Shown piece after piece: positions 1 through 18,063 of a stretch of 64,000 nucleotides of DNA. Origin of the DNA: Eledone cirrhosa (lineage: Eukaryota); assembly GCA_964016885.1 (NCBI GenBank), contig OZ024743.1:342302001-342366000 (forward strand), in the 5' to 3' direction. The position numbers and the translations under genes are program-made. The notes beneath the pieces were generated by a model. It worked only from the letters and a program-made list of their open reading frames with translations, did not search any database and was not told where the DNA came from. Every line of letters begins with the position of its first letter. The stretch's first letter is position 1.

Positions 1-582
1 ATATATATACGAATATGATATGTGAATGCGGGTTGCGATGTACGATAATAAAGGCTGTTATATAGACAATCCTGGCGACCCTGATACGCTGGTGATGATT
101 ATATGTTGCTCGAATAAGATTCTGCAAAATTACTATAACCTGGTTTGTTATCCAACGTAGCAAAGATTATTTCATTGGTCAGATAGCTGATTTCTTTCAA
201 ACTCCCTAATACTTCATCTAAATATATTGGCGTGCCACAACGCAGTGATTTATTTCTGTCTATAGAGATACACTACTCTGACATAGTACTATTTAACCAG
301 AGTAACACCTCGGGAATATGAGTGAAGAAGCACAACCACAGACCTACAATTATTTCCGTTGCCTTACACAATGAGTTAACTTCTCGCCTCCCTTATTCCT
401 CTAATAATTCTTTAGTAGTAATTTTATATCTCTTATTTACCTTTTACACAATGTATAGTATTCTTATATTGTTTAATGTATTGTATGATTTTCGTTATCA
501 GATATGTGACGCCAAATCATGTTTTCCCGTTATTCCTCTCTATTTGCCTTTGTTATTATATATATATATATATATATATATT

Positions 583-615
<33 letters not shown>

Positions 616-840
616 CGGCGATGAATTAGTTTTGCGAGGTTTTTTATATGAAATCGTGTGTCGAAACAAATATTCTTATACTTGGGGAGGGTCATATTTG
701 TGTAATATTGCCAGAATTAATAACAGAACACACTCATTGTTTGGTTGGTTTTCGCTTTTCGCTTCTGTGTCTTTTATATCGGTAATCTAATTTATTCGGT
801 CCTCAATGTTGCCATTGACTAACCAACGGTCAAAAATAAT

Positions 841-1020
841 TGTTTCTACTTTTGGCACAAGGCCAGCAATTATCCAGTGCATTACTGGTACTTTATTTTA
901 TCGACCCCGTAAGGATGAAAGGCAAAGTTAACCTCGGCGGGATTTGAACTCAAACCATAAAGGGGCGTAACTCTTTGCTGCAAAGCATAGCGTCTGACCC
1001 TCTACCGATACTGCCAATCC
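841..1020 (-). mobile_element. tRNA-derived SINE, full length, 19-bp TSD
   Basis: Minus-strand A-box TGGCAGTATCGG and B-box GAGTTCAAATCC; core GCCTTTCATCCTTACGGGGTCGATAAAATAAAGTACC (resembles the Meta-SINE domain). TSD ACCAACGGTCAAAAATAAT at 822-840 and 1021-1039. Confidence 0.9.
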
Positions 1021-1387
1021 ACCAACGGTCAAAAATAATGCAGATACAATATAGACACAAACACATATATATAGTATATCAAAGTTCTTTCGTTGCACAT
1101 CTGCAACATCGTCAGTGGTGCTATTGTTTCCTCCCGTTGCATTGTATTTTCTACGCCATCAATATTTAGTCTGTTTATATATTTATTTATTTGTTTATTT
1201 TATTTTGTCTTCTTTGTGCATGCGTTTGCGTGTGTGTATAGTGTTTTGTTTGATGTGTGTTCGTGATTGGGTGACTGCGTATTGGTTAATGTATTCTATC
1301 TTTACTAGTGTGTGTTTATATGTGTTTGTTTTTATTGTGCTTGTGTATGTATATATTTATTTATTTATTTATTTATCTATTTATTTA

Positions 1388-1855
1388 GAAAAGCCAGGAA
1401 CCACCATAACATCCCTGATCAGCAAAACCTACCCTTTTAAGAAAACCCACTGTACTAATAGGAAATGTATCATATGTAAGGTAAACCCCCAGATAAACTG
1501 TAAAACTAGAAACGTAGTCTATAGCATAAGATGTACAGAGGGTACTTGCAGAAATATGACAACAACATACATAGGCGAGACAGTTCGTAGCATAGGTGAA
1601 AGGATAGACCAACACTGGGGGGAACTAAAAGGACGAAAAAACGGTTCAGTACTATACGAACCTGCCAGACAACAACACGACGGTAACATAGACAACATAG
1701 AAATTAGAAAAATATCTAAACATAGAAATGACCCAGCAGATAGGCAAATTAGAGAAGCAAGTGAAATAGAACTTAGAAGGCCAAGGCTAAACAGAAAGAA
1801 TGAATGGAATAACAACAACACCCAAACAAACAACACCGACCTAAGAGAAGTATAA
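1388..1855 (+). pseudogene. PLE Cys-rich linker plus GIY-YIG endonuclease fragment
   Basis: CTNRKCIICK...NVVYSIRC...YIGETVRSIGERIDQH...RQIREASEI...LNRKNEWN. The upstream part of the ORF call is read-through of the inverted repeat. Confidence 0.85.
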
Positions 1856-2136
1856 ATAAATAAATAGATAAATAAATAAATATATACATACACAAGCACA
1901 ATAACAACAAACACATATAAACACACACTAGTAAAGATAGAATACATTAACCAATACGCAGTCACCCAATCACGAACACACATCAAACAAAACACTATAC
2001 ACAGATGCAAACGCATACGCAAAGAAGACAAAATAAAATAAACAAATAAATATTTATTTATTTGTTTATTTCATTTTATAAACAGACTAAATAAAGATGG
2101 CGTAGAAAATACAATGCAACGGGAGGAAACAATAGC

Positions 2137-2178
2137 ACCACTGACGATGTTGCAGATGTGTAACGAAAGAACTTTGAT
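2137..2178 (+). ncRNA. minimal type I hammerhead ribozyme (family 1 pLTR); other copies at 1078-1119(-) and 38978-39019(-)
   Basis: acca CTGACGA t gttgca-gatg-tgtaac GAAA gaac TT tgat; stem I is weak. Confidence 0.7.
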
Positions 2179-2402
2179 AAACTATATATATGTGTTTGTG
2201 TCTATATTGTATCTGTATTTTTGACCGTTGGTCAGTCAATGGCAACATTGAGGACCGAATAAATTAGATTACCGATATAAAAGACACAGAAGCGAAAAGC
2301 GAAAACCAACCAAACAGTGAGTGTGTTCTGTTATTAATTCTGGCAATATTACACAAATATGACCCTCCCCAAGTATAACAATTTATAAATATATATATAT
2401 AT

Positions 2403-2524
2403 AAAATGCCCAAGGAACACCGTATGTCAATGCGGCGCCCTTGCTAACCTACCAGGACGTACGGGACCATACTTATATACATACGTACATACTCGCACGC
2501 ACACACGCACACACACGCACGCAC

Positions 2525-2570
<46 letters not shown>

Positions 2571-2812
2571 GCTCTCTCTCTCTTTCTTTCTCTCTCTCTC
2601 TCTGTCTCTCACACTCTCTCACACACACACACATATATATATAGAGAGAGATACAATTGTATAGGTTGAATTGCATAACTGCTCTTATGATACAATATAA
2701 CTTATCTCGTAAAGCATCTTCACTTACTCAGGTCGTATTTAAAACACTGGTAATCATACCGTCAAGAAGAATGACGCAGATGAAATGAATGAAAATTACA
2801 ATTGTATCTCTC

Positions 2813-2844
<32 letters not shown>

Positions 2845-3002
2845 AGTGAGAGAGAGAGAGAGAGAGAAAGAGAGAGCGAGTGTGTGTGTGTGTGTGTGCA
2901 CGTGTGTGTGTGTGGGTGTGTGGGTGCGCGCGCGTATCTCTGTGTGTGTGTGTGTGTGTGTGCACGTGTGTGTGTGTGTGGGTGTGTGGGTGCGCGCGCG
3001 TA

Positions 3003-3098
<96 letters not shown>

Positions 3099-3190
3099 TG
3101 TGTGTACGCATGTATATATGAAATGTCCCGTACCCCCTGGTAGGTGCGCATGGGCGCCGCATTGACATACGGTGTTTCCTTGGACATTTT
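2403..3190. repeat. fold-back cassette: arms ~2403-2661 and ~2797-3190 containing (CA)n/(TG)n
   Basis: AAAATGCCCAAGGAACACCGTATGTCAATGCGGCGCCC... is the near reverse complement of ...GGGCGCCGCATTGACATACGGTGTTTCCTTGGACATTTT. Confidence 0.8.
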
Positions 3191-3460
3191 AAGCCTGGCG
3201 GAGACCATCACTCTCCAGGTCTGTGTACAGCAGATTTCTCCCAGAGAAAGATAGAAGATGAAAGAGAGAAAGAGAGGAAATGGGAAAGAGATATATAAAG
3301 GAAGAATCGACCCCAATGCTAGACTGGTACTTTTTTTATCGACCTCGAAAGGATGACAGGCAATGTTGACCTCGAAGCGCAGAGAGCAGGAACGAATACC
3401 ATCCAGCATTCTATTTTATGTTCCAACAATTCACCGCCTTTATATATATATATGTGCATA

Positions 3461-4408
3461 CTGTTGGAAAAGTGGCTTCCTTGTTCAATCATCTTACCAG
3501 AAGCCTAACATTTGTTATGTAAGTGGACAGTACTTGATTTAGGAGTCGCAGAAACCCAAATGCTGGATTTTACCAACCTTCCAGGGGTCCGGGTAAATTT
3601 TTAATCGCATATATTTTTATTTGTTTGACCCGAATTACTTGATCGTTTTTTTTTTTGTCTGTGCGGATGATTGTTTAACTATCGTCTCAGTGTGTTTGGC
3701 CTTTAACGTATGTTGTAGCTCTGGTTCTTCTGAACCATTGAGCACTTGCTCGGAGGTTGTTTTTCCTTATTTTATAGGCCGAAATACGATTCTCGATAAT
3801 TTATATTTGTATTAATCTCCAGAGCCTAACTATTGACCAGTTAATTTTCTTAATGTGTTAGTTGATTCTATTGACTGATGAATAGATTATGTTAACGTTA
3901 ACCTCTGTTGAGAACTCTATTCGATTTGTGATTTTTTGCATTCTTGCAATAATATACACAACTGAATTCATTCGCCTAGTATAGGGGTTTCCTGCCTTGC
4001 CGATCCCTACGTGGGGTCAGTAATAGTCATTCCTTGTATTAGCATTGAACTAAATCCTGTTGAAAAAGTGTCTTCCTTGTTCAATCATCTTACCAGAAGC
4101 CTAACATTTTTTATCTAAGCGGACAGTACTTGATTTAGGAGTCGCAGAAACCCAAATGCTGGATGTTACCAACCTTCCAGGGGTCCGGGTAAATTTTCAA
4201 TCACATATATTTTTATTTGTTTGACGCGAATTACTTGATCGTTTTTTGGCTTTGCGGATGATTGTTTAACCATCGTCTCAGTGAGTTTGGCCTTTAACAT
4301 ATGTTGTAGCTCTAGTTCTTCTGAACCATTGAGCACTTGCCACACATCTCGGAGATTGTTTTTCGTTATTTCATAGGCCGAAATACGATTCTCGATAATT
4401 TATATTTG

Positions 4409-4412
<4 letters not shown>
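3461..4412. repeat. partial tandem (~1.6 units) of a ~596-bp non-coding unit between (TA)n tracts
   Basis: 3461-3813 is repeated at 4057-4412 with few differences. Confidence 0.85.
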
Positions 4413-4451
<39 letters not shown>

Positions 4452-5079
4452 AAAAAGAGATGAAATCGAAAATGCAACTGGGTCTTATTTTTTTTTTAAT
4501 TATATATATTTATTTGGTTCCTTTACCGGTTTCGCAGTTCTTCTGCTTTTCAAAAGGTGAGTTGAGATGGAGGGTCTGTGGTTTTTCTCACATCTGGTTG
4601 GTCTCTGAATGTTACTTGTTTTATATGGAAAAAGTGGCTCGAAATGCCAGGTTTTTCGAGAAGTAATTTGATTGGTTGGTTTGTCAATAATTATAATAAA
4701 TTTCGCGCCAGTTCGCGTTACAATAGTTCTTCAAATAAGAGGGGGGGTTGTCACAGGTTGTTTTTTCGTATATGAGTGTTTGAATTTCTTTTTACTTGAA
4801 AAAAGGAGGCTCACGAAGGCTTTTTTTTGGTTGGTTATAAATGAAATTTGGCTGTCACGTGAACAAGTTTTCATTACATTTTTGCGCCCTTATTTGGAAA
4901 ACTATTCTGTAGTCTTTATAGTGAATGTTATGACAATGGAGAGATAGTGGTAAAGAGAAAAGGGATTGGGAGAATTGTTCTGGTTCAGTGAATATGGTTA
5001 GTTCGCTGGGGTGTCAGAGTTCAGATTTTCTATTGAAGTGAAGATATGTATGTTTATTTGTGTGCTTGTGTGTGTGTGT

Positions 5080-5152
<73 letters not shown>

Positions 5153-5761
5153 GGAAGATGATTCTATTAGTAGAGATGGGGGAGGGAGTTGTGTGTGTGT
5201 GTATATGGGTGTTATGTGTGTGTGTGTGTACGAGTATGTTAAGATGGAGAGAATATATATTTTGTGTGTGTGTTTATATATATATATATATGTGTAGGAA
5301 AGTGATTCTATTAGTAGAAATGGGGAGGGAGTTGTAGGTGTGGGGGTTGTTATGTGTGTGTATGGGTGTTATGTGTGTGGGAGTATGGTTAGCATGTTAA
5401 GATGAAGAGATTATATATATATATATATATATTGTGTGTGTGTGTATGTGTGTGTGTAGGAAAGTGATTCCTTTAGTAGGAATATTTTTGAATGAACATA
5501 TTTTCCTTACTTATTCGTGTTTGCTGTTGTATTGTCAGTGCAAACGTATGTTAAGGTTTTCCAAAACCGTAGATCCCACCCCACACAAAGGAACCAAATC
5601 TACAACCCGGACTATCAACAAACCGAACCCCAATACGTCCGAAACTCCTATACAAGTCCACACAACAATAGAGGAAATACCATTAGATATAATAATACCA
5701 ATGAAAAAACATTCCAGAAAAATCATTTTTTAGACCAAGGCTACAGGACTCACGACACCCG

Positions 5762-8031
5762 GTGGCACAAACCGATTTTGAAAAACCGAAAATAATTAAC
5801 ATTTCAAATACAAACCTCTCAGCCCAACAAGTAAAAATTCTCTCCAAACGTCTGAAATTCACACCAACACCACAATACCCTAACCCCAACGAGATAAATG
5901 ACGATATCTCACACTTCTGTAGAAAATTACGTCTCACAGAGGAATTCTTTGACAAGGAGAATAACGACGAATCAATTGTACGGAATAAAAGCAGCTACAA
6001 CCCAACAAAAGGTAGAAACAGAGTTCTGGACAAATTTTGTGACCACATAGCTACCTTCCCATACCATGAACTACCGCAACCTAAACCCAAACCCAACACA
6101 AGTCGAAGAGAATGGGAGATTATCCATGAACTAAAAAACAATACGGACATTATAATTAAGGAAGCGGACAAGGGAAGTACTGTTGTCATTATGGAGGCTG
6201 AAAAATATAAAAATTCTATGTTCTCTCTCTTACAAAATACTAATTACTATGAAAGAGTAAAAAACTACCAGCAATCAAAAATAATGACCAAATTACACAC
6301 ACTGATTTATCGATACCAGGAAGACCTAACTAAAAAGGAACGCGATTATTTAACAAATTTTGAATACAAAACCAGCAACCTTTACGGACTTCCGAAGATC
6401 CACAAGTGTAAAATAATCAACGATGCCTGTAAACAATCCACCTCAGCCTGCGTGAACACACAATACCCCACATACCTTAAATTAAGACCAATTGTAGCGG
6501 GCCCACAATGTGAAACACACAGATTGAGCAACTTTATAGACATACTACTGAAACCAATACTGAAACACATACCAAGCCTTGTAAGAGACGATCTGGACCT
6601 CTTAAACCACCTCCCCAAACATGTCAACAACGACACTATTATTGTGTCTTTCGATGTAGTGAATCTCTACACAACGATCCCACGCCAATACGGACTAGAA
6701 GCAATAGGATTCTGGCTAGAGAAATATCCTAATGAGATACCTGACAGAACAGAAAAAAGCTTCATCACCGAGGGATTAAAATTCCTCCTACAGAACAACT
6801 TTTTTGATTTCGATGGCAATACTTACAAGCAAATATCGGGGATTGCGATGGGTACAAAAGCACTCCAACTTATGCCAACTTAGTCATGGCATACTTAGAA
6901 GTCCAGATATATGAACAGTCCAAATCAAAATACGGATTGAACTTCCACAAATATTTATCAGAGAATTGGAAACGCTACTTGGATGATTGCCTCATTCTTT
7001 GGTCCCACACACTCGACCAACTGAAGGATTTCAAAAACTTAATAAACGGCATCAATAACCACATCCAATTCACAATGGAATACAACCAAGATCAACTCCC
7101 ATTTCTGGACATCTTAATCTTAAAAAAAGACACAAATATCGAAACTGACATACACTACAAACCAACAGATTCCAAACAATATCTGCTATTCACCTCCAAC
7201 CATCCAAAGCACACGAAGACGAACATTCCTTTTAACCTAGCAAGAAGAATTTGCACAATTGTCTCCAATTATGAAACGCGAAATAAAAGACTTCAAGAAT
7301 TAAAGGAAATTCTACTCGAGAGAGAGTACCCACTATTACTAATAAATAATGGAATAGAAAGGGCTAAAGCAATAGGCATTGATGAATTACGGAAACAGAA
7401 ACAAATTCAAGGTACGTCCAATATTCTATCATATATCTCAACACACAACCCAAGAAATGCGGAAGCTTACAACACTATTCACAATAACATCCCACTACTA
7501 AAACAAAACCCAAGAATGAAAAAAGCCCTTGAAACACACAAAATAATCAAAAGCAAAAGACAACCAAAATCACTGAAAACATTACTCACCAATGCCAAAT
7601 TAACTACCACAAACCCACAACCAAGTATCAAAAAATGTGGTCGCTCTAATTGTGGAACCTGCACTCACCTCATTGAAGGCAACACGTATACATTTAAATC
7701 AGGACAAAATTTTACTGTAAAAAATCACTTCACTTGCTCATCAAAAAATCTACTTTATGCCATTAAATGTAAAGGATGCAATGAAGATTATATAGGACAA
7801 ACTAAACTCACACTCAGAAACAGAATGACAGTTCATTGCCAACAATTACGAGATCCAACCAGGAGACAGATACCACTAAGCGCACATCTAGACATTTGCG
7901 CAAGTAATAAGACACCCAAATTCCAAGTCTTCCCATTTTACCTTTGCGCTAACAATACAACAGAACAACTGCGAATAAATAAGGAAAATATGTTTATTCA
8001 AAAATATAGACCAACATTAAATAAGGTTTAA
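5762..8031 (+). pseudogene. PLE reverse transcriptase plus GIY-YIG, one frameshift near 6862
   Basis: KEADKG, YGLPKIHK, LRPIV, SFDVVNLYT, GIAMGTK/(A)PTYANL, RYLDD, FLD, KCGRSNCGTC linker (Neptune-type), LLYAIKC...YIGQT. ORFs 5762-6883 and 6886-8031 join across a 1-nt loss. Confidence 0.92.
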
Positions 8032-8503
8032 TATACATTATGTCAACACCATAATATGACATACACACACACACATAACACCTTCTACTTTAGAAAATAA
8101 AAACCCGAACTAAATAAACCTTAACATACGTTTGCACTGGCAATACAACAGCAAACACGAATAAGTAAGGAAAATATGTTCATTCAAAAATATTCCTACT
8201 AAAGGAATCACTTTCCTACACACACACATACACACACACACAATATATATATATATATATTCTCTTCATCTTAACATGCTAACCATACTCCCACACACAT
8301 AACACACATAACAACCCCTACACCTACAACTCCCTCCCCATTTCTACTAATAGAACCACTTTCCTACACACATATATATATACACACACACAAAATATAT
8401 ATTCTCTCTATCTAACATACTCGCACACACACACACATAACACCCATATACACACACACACAACTCCCTCCCCCATCTCTACTAATAGAATCATCTTCCA
8501 ATA

Positions 8504-8542
<39 letters not shown>

Positions 8543-9060
8543 ACACACAAGCACACAAATAAACATACATATCTTCACTTCAATAGAAAATCTGAACTCT
8601 GACACCCCAGCGAACTAACCATATTCACTGAACCAGAACAATTCTCCCAATCCTTTTTCTCTTGACCACTATCTCTCCATTGTCATAACATTCACTATAA
8701 AGACTACAGAATAGTTTTCCAAATAAGGGCGCAAAAATGTAATGAAAACTTGTTCACGTGACAGCCAAATTTCATTTATAACCAACCATAAAAAAAGCCT
8801 TCGTGAGCCTACTTTTTTCAAGTACAAAGAAATTCAAACACTCATATATGAAAAAAACAACCTGTGACAACCCCCCCCCCCTCTTATTTGAAGAACTATT
8901 GTAACGCGAACTGGCGCGAAATTTATTATAATTATTGACAAACCAATCAAATTACTTCTCGAAAAACCTGGCATTTCGAGCCACTTTTTCCATATAAAAC
9001 AAGTAACATTCAGAGACCAACCAGATGTGAGAAAAACCACAGACCCTCCATCTCAACTCA

Positions 9061-9098
9061 CCTTTTGAAAAGCAGAAGAACTGCGAAACCGGTAAAGG
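9061..9098 (+). ncRNA. minimal type I hammerhead with U3:A8 variant core; mirror copy 4520-4557(-)
   Basis: cctt TTGAAAA gcag-aagaa-ctgc GAAA ccgg TA aagg. Stems I and II pair perfectly and stem III is the palindrome ACCGGT. Confidence 0.8.
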
Positions 9099-9337
9099 AA
9101 CCAAATAAATATATATAATTTTAAAAAAAATAAGACTCCAGTTGCATTTTCGATTTCATCTCTTTTTCTTTATACTTTCACTCGTGTAGGACACCTCGGT
9201 TATTTTTCATTTTGTAAAAAAAAACTCACTTTCTAATATATATATATAACAAGGGAAATGTGGTAAGGAACCAGGTTGACCATAACGCACCAGAGTACTC
9301 AATACTTTGGGTAGTAGAGTGGGAAATAGGAAAAAGT

Positions 9338-9430
9338 ATGACCCCGAAGGCAGAGCTCAAACCGTTTCGACGGCTATTACTGGCCAGAAATAGACGTCGA
9401 AACGGCTTGAGCTCTGCCGTCGGGGTCATA
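9338..9430. repeat. ~93-nt near-perfect hairpin ending a ~190-bp island in (TA)n
   Basis: TATGACCCCGAAGGCAGAGCTCAAACCGTTTCGACG pairs with CGTCGAAACGGCTTGAGCTCTGCCGTCGGGGTCATA. Confidence 0.85.
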
Positions 9431-9433
9431 CGT

Positions 9434-9508
<75 letters not shown>

Positions 9509-11042
9509 ATTATGTGTGTATTGTGTTTAATTCCTTTCTTTCAGTTATAATGAGTATTTGTATTCTGTAGCATTAAAAGATCAATATTTATTGGTAAAAT
9601 CGAATTCACTTACTTTTTTCAGTGACCATGGAGAGACTGTAATCTTTGTCGATCATCTGCTAGAGACCTGCCTTCTAAAATACGAATCCATTGGTTGAAT
9701 CTGAAACATTCCTGTCAGTTCATCTTTAATTCAATATAAGCTGATTCAATACGAAGATCGGGTATATCTGGAGAGATTATATTAATCAATATACGCATAG
9801 AAAGATCATATTTTTTAATATATATTTTGTTCTATATAAAACATTGATATTTTTCGGCATAGGATATTCTAACTCAATTTATTTGCGTATTTTATTCTAC
9901 TGCAACTGATATTTCTCTAGAGATTCTTAATGGGCACACGCTCGGGAATTTACTTGCTATGTATGGATTTTACGACGGGTCTCTGGGCTATATCGTTTCC
10001 GTCTGAACCAACTGACGAATGATGGAAAGGGCTATGGAATTGGAGAGTCGAGGGATAGTGCAATTAGTTGCTAGTAGCTTGAACATAGATGGATAGATAT
10101 ACTGGCCGCTCAAAGTAGGAAATTATCAGAAATAAATTAGCTATTCAGTTGAGATATCAAACTAACAACTCATTAGTCGTTATTTAATTTCGTTAGGAAA
10201 TCTTATTTTGTTTCTTTGAACACAAGATTCCATTATGTTTAATAGCTAGTCTGGATAAAAAGAGGTCTGATATTGACTAGCAACGAATCTAAGAAAGTAT
10301 CACTGTTATCTAGTTAATCCCAGAACATAGGAACTGTCCTCCCACAGAACAATTATAGATATGGAAATTACTTGAATAGTTTACGAAGTAATCTATAGCT
10401 AATACTAAATCCATCCGCGTAATGTTTTAAATACCATTATAGAAGAGACATTATGAGTGAATGTTTGGAATAAAAGACTGAAATATGTACTATCTACAAA
10501 ACGTCTAAGATTTACTAAGTTTGCAAGTTATACTAACTAACTTACAAATTCAGTAATCGTATATAATTCTTCTAAAAGATTTTTACTCGCAACGATTCTA
10601 CAAGTAGTCTTAGTATTTTATTACTTTAGTGGTTTCACTTGTTGGACTGTAGTCATACTGGAGCACGGAATTTAGGATATTTAGTTGAATACATTATATT
10701 TAATGTAGGAGTTTGTATAGCAAATAATTTACCCTTCTTATATAATAGAAAGGAAATGCCAGTGGACATCAGAAAAAAAGCAAATAAATACTTATCTAGT
10801 GGTGTTTTCTCGGATTTTTCCTATTCTATGGTGTCAGACATCTCGAATCTACATACGTTTTGAGCTGTTAACAGCATCCTGTGTCAAAGCTAATGAATGC
10901 AAAATTGTGCTGGACCCATGTATATCGATGTGGTGTTATGCATAGGAGTATATGGCTAATGAATCTGTGCTTAGCTCCCCAGCCTATGTCCTGCAAAACG
11001 GATGCTCATCTGTGACTTGCAGCTGAAACTTCGTTTATTCTC

Positions 11043-17507
<6,465 letters not shown>

Positions 17508-17559
17508 GTTCCCAAACAGACCTGTAATTTTGAATTGTTGTTATTATCAATAAATATAT

Positions 17560-17712
17560 TTCATTATTTCTGAAGACGGCATATATATGTGTTGGTATGT
17601 ATATTAAATTTGATAGTTTGTATAATTTTGTATAATTTTGTACATAGATCTGTTGAATATGCATGCCAATTCTAACACATATATGTCCTAGAAACGATCG
17701 TTAAATAATGAA
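17560..17712 (+). ncRNA. type I hammerhead with ~114-nt stem II; copies 23140-23292(+), 16854-17006(-), 11273-11425(-)
   Basis: ttcattattt CTGAAGA [cggcatatatatgtgttgg...ctaacacatatatgtccta] GAAA cgatcg TT aaataatgaa; stem I is a perfect 10 bp. Confidence 0.8.
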
Positions 17713-18063
17713 CTTTTTTTGTTTAATATAAGGAACTGTTTCATTGTTTTATTCATTATTTTTTAAATATTTTATCTTGACTCTGTATTCCGTTTATCTT
17801 TCACCGAAAGTGATTTTTGAATGCATCTCTTCTTTCCATGATATCCGGATTACATTGAGTTCTTCATACGGATTGGACACTACCGTAAACTCTTGGTAGA
17901 TTTATCTACATAATTTTGCTCCTATTTTCACGGAAATATTCGTATTTTTGTACTGTATGTGTGCGTTAATTTTTATATTTATGTATATACATATATATGT
18001 ATGATTTTATAACCCCATATACATTTAGTTGAGCTCTTTCAATTGTCCATTATCCATATCACA

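Larger units (their letters stand above)
615..2380 (+). mobile_element. 5'-truncated PLE (family 1): inverted pLTR (615-1386), GIY-YIG 3' fragment, sense pLTR (1856-2380)
   Basis: About 675-1385 is the reverse complement of 1856-2380, apart from a SINE insert. The centre encodes a GIY-YIG domain. Both ends abut (TA)n. Confidence 0.85.
4447..9233 (+). mobile_element. near-complete Neptune-like PLE with ~1.1-kb inverted 5' pLTR
   Basis: 4447-5558 is the reverse complement of 8116-9171, with the RT-GIY-YIG ORF between them and (TA)n on both flanks. Confidence 0.9.

Noticed and set aside
841-1020. tRNA gene
   Set aside because: Only A/B boxes in a multi-copy SINE head with TSDs; no full cloverleaf.
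9550-11040. Possible host exons in unique-looking AT-rich DNA (also 46620-47900 and 58000-58760)
   Set aside because: No recognisable protein motif or convincing splice-bounded ORF; cannot be supported without RNA data.
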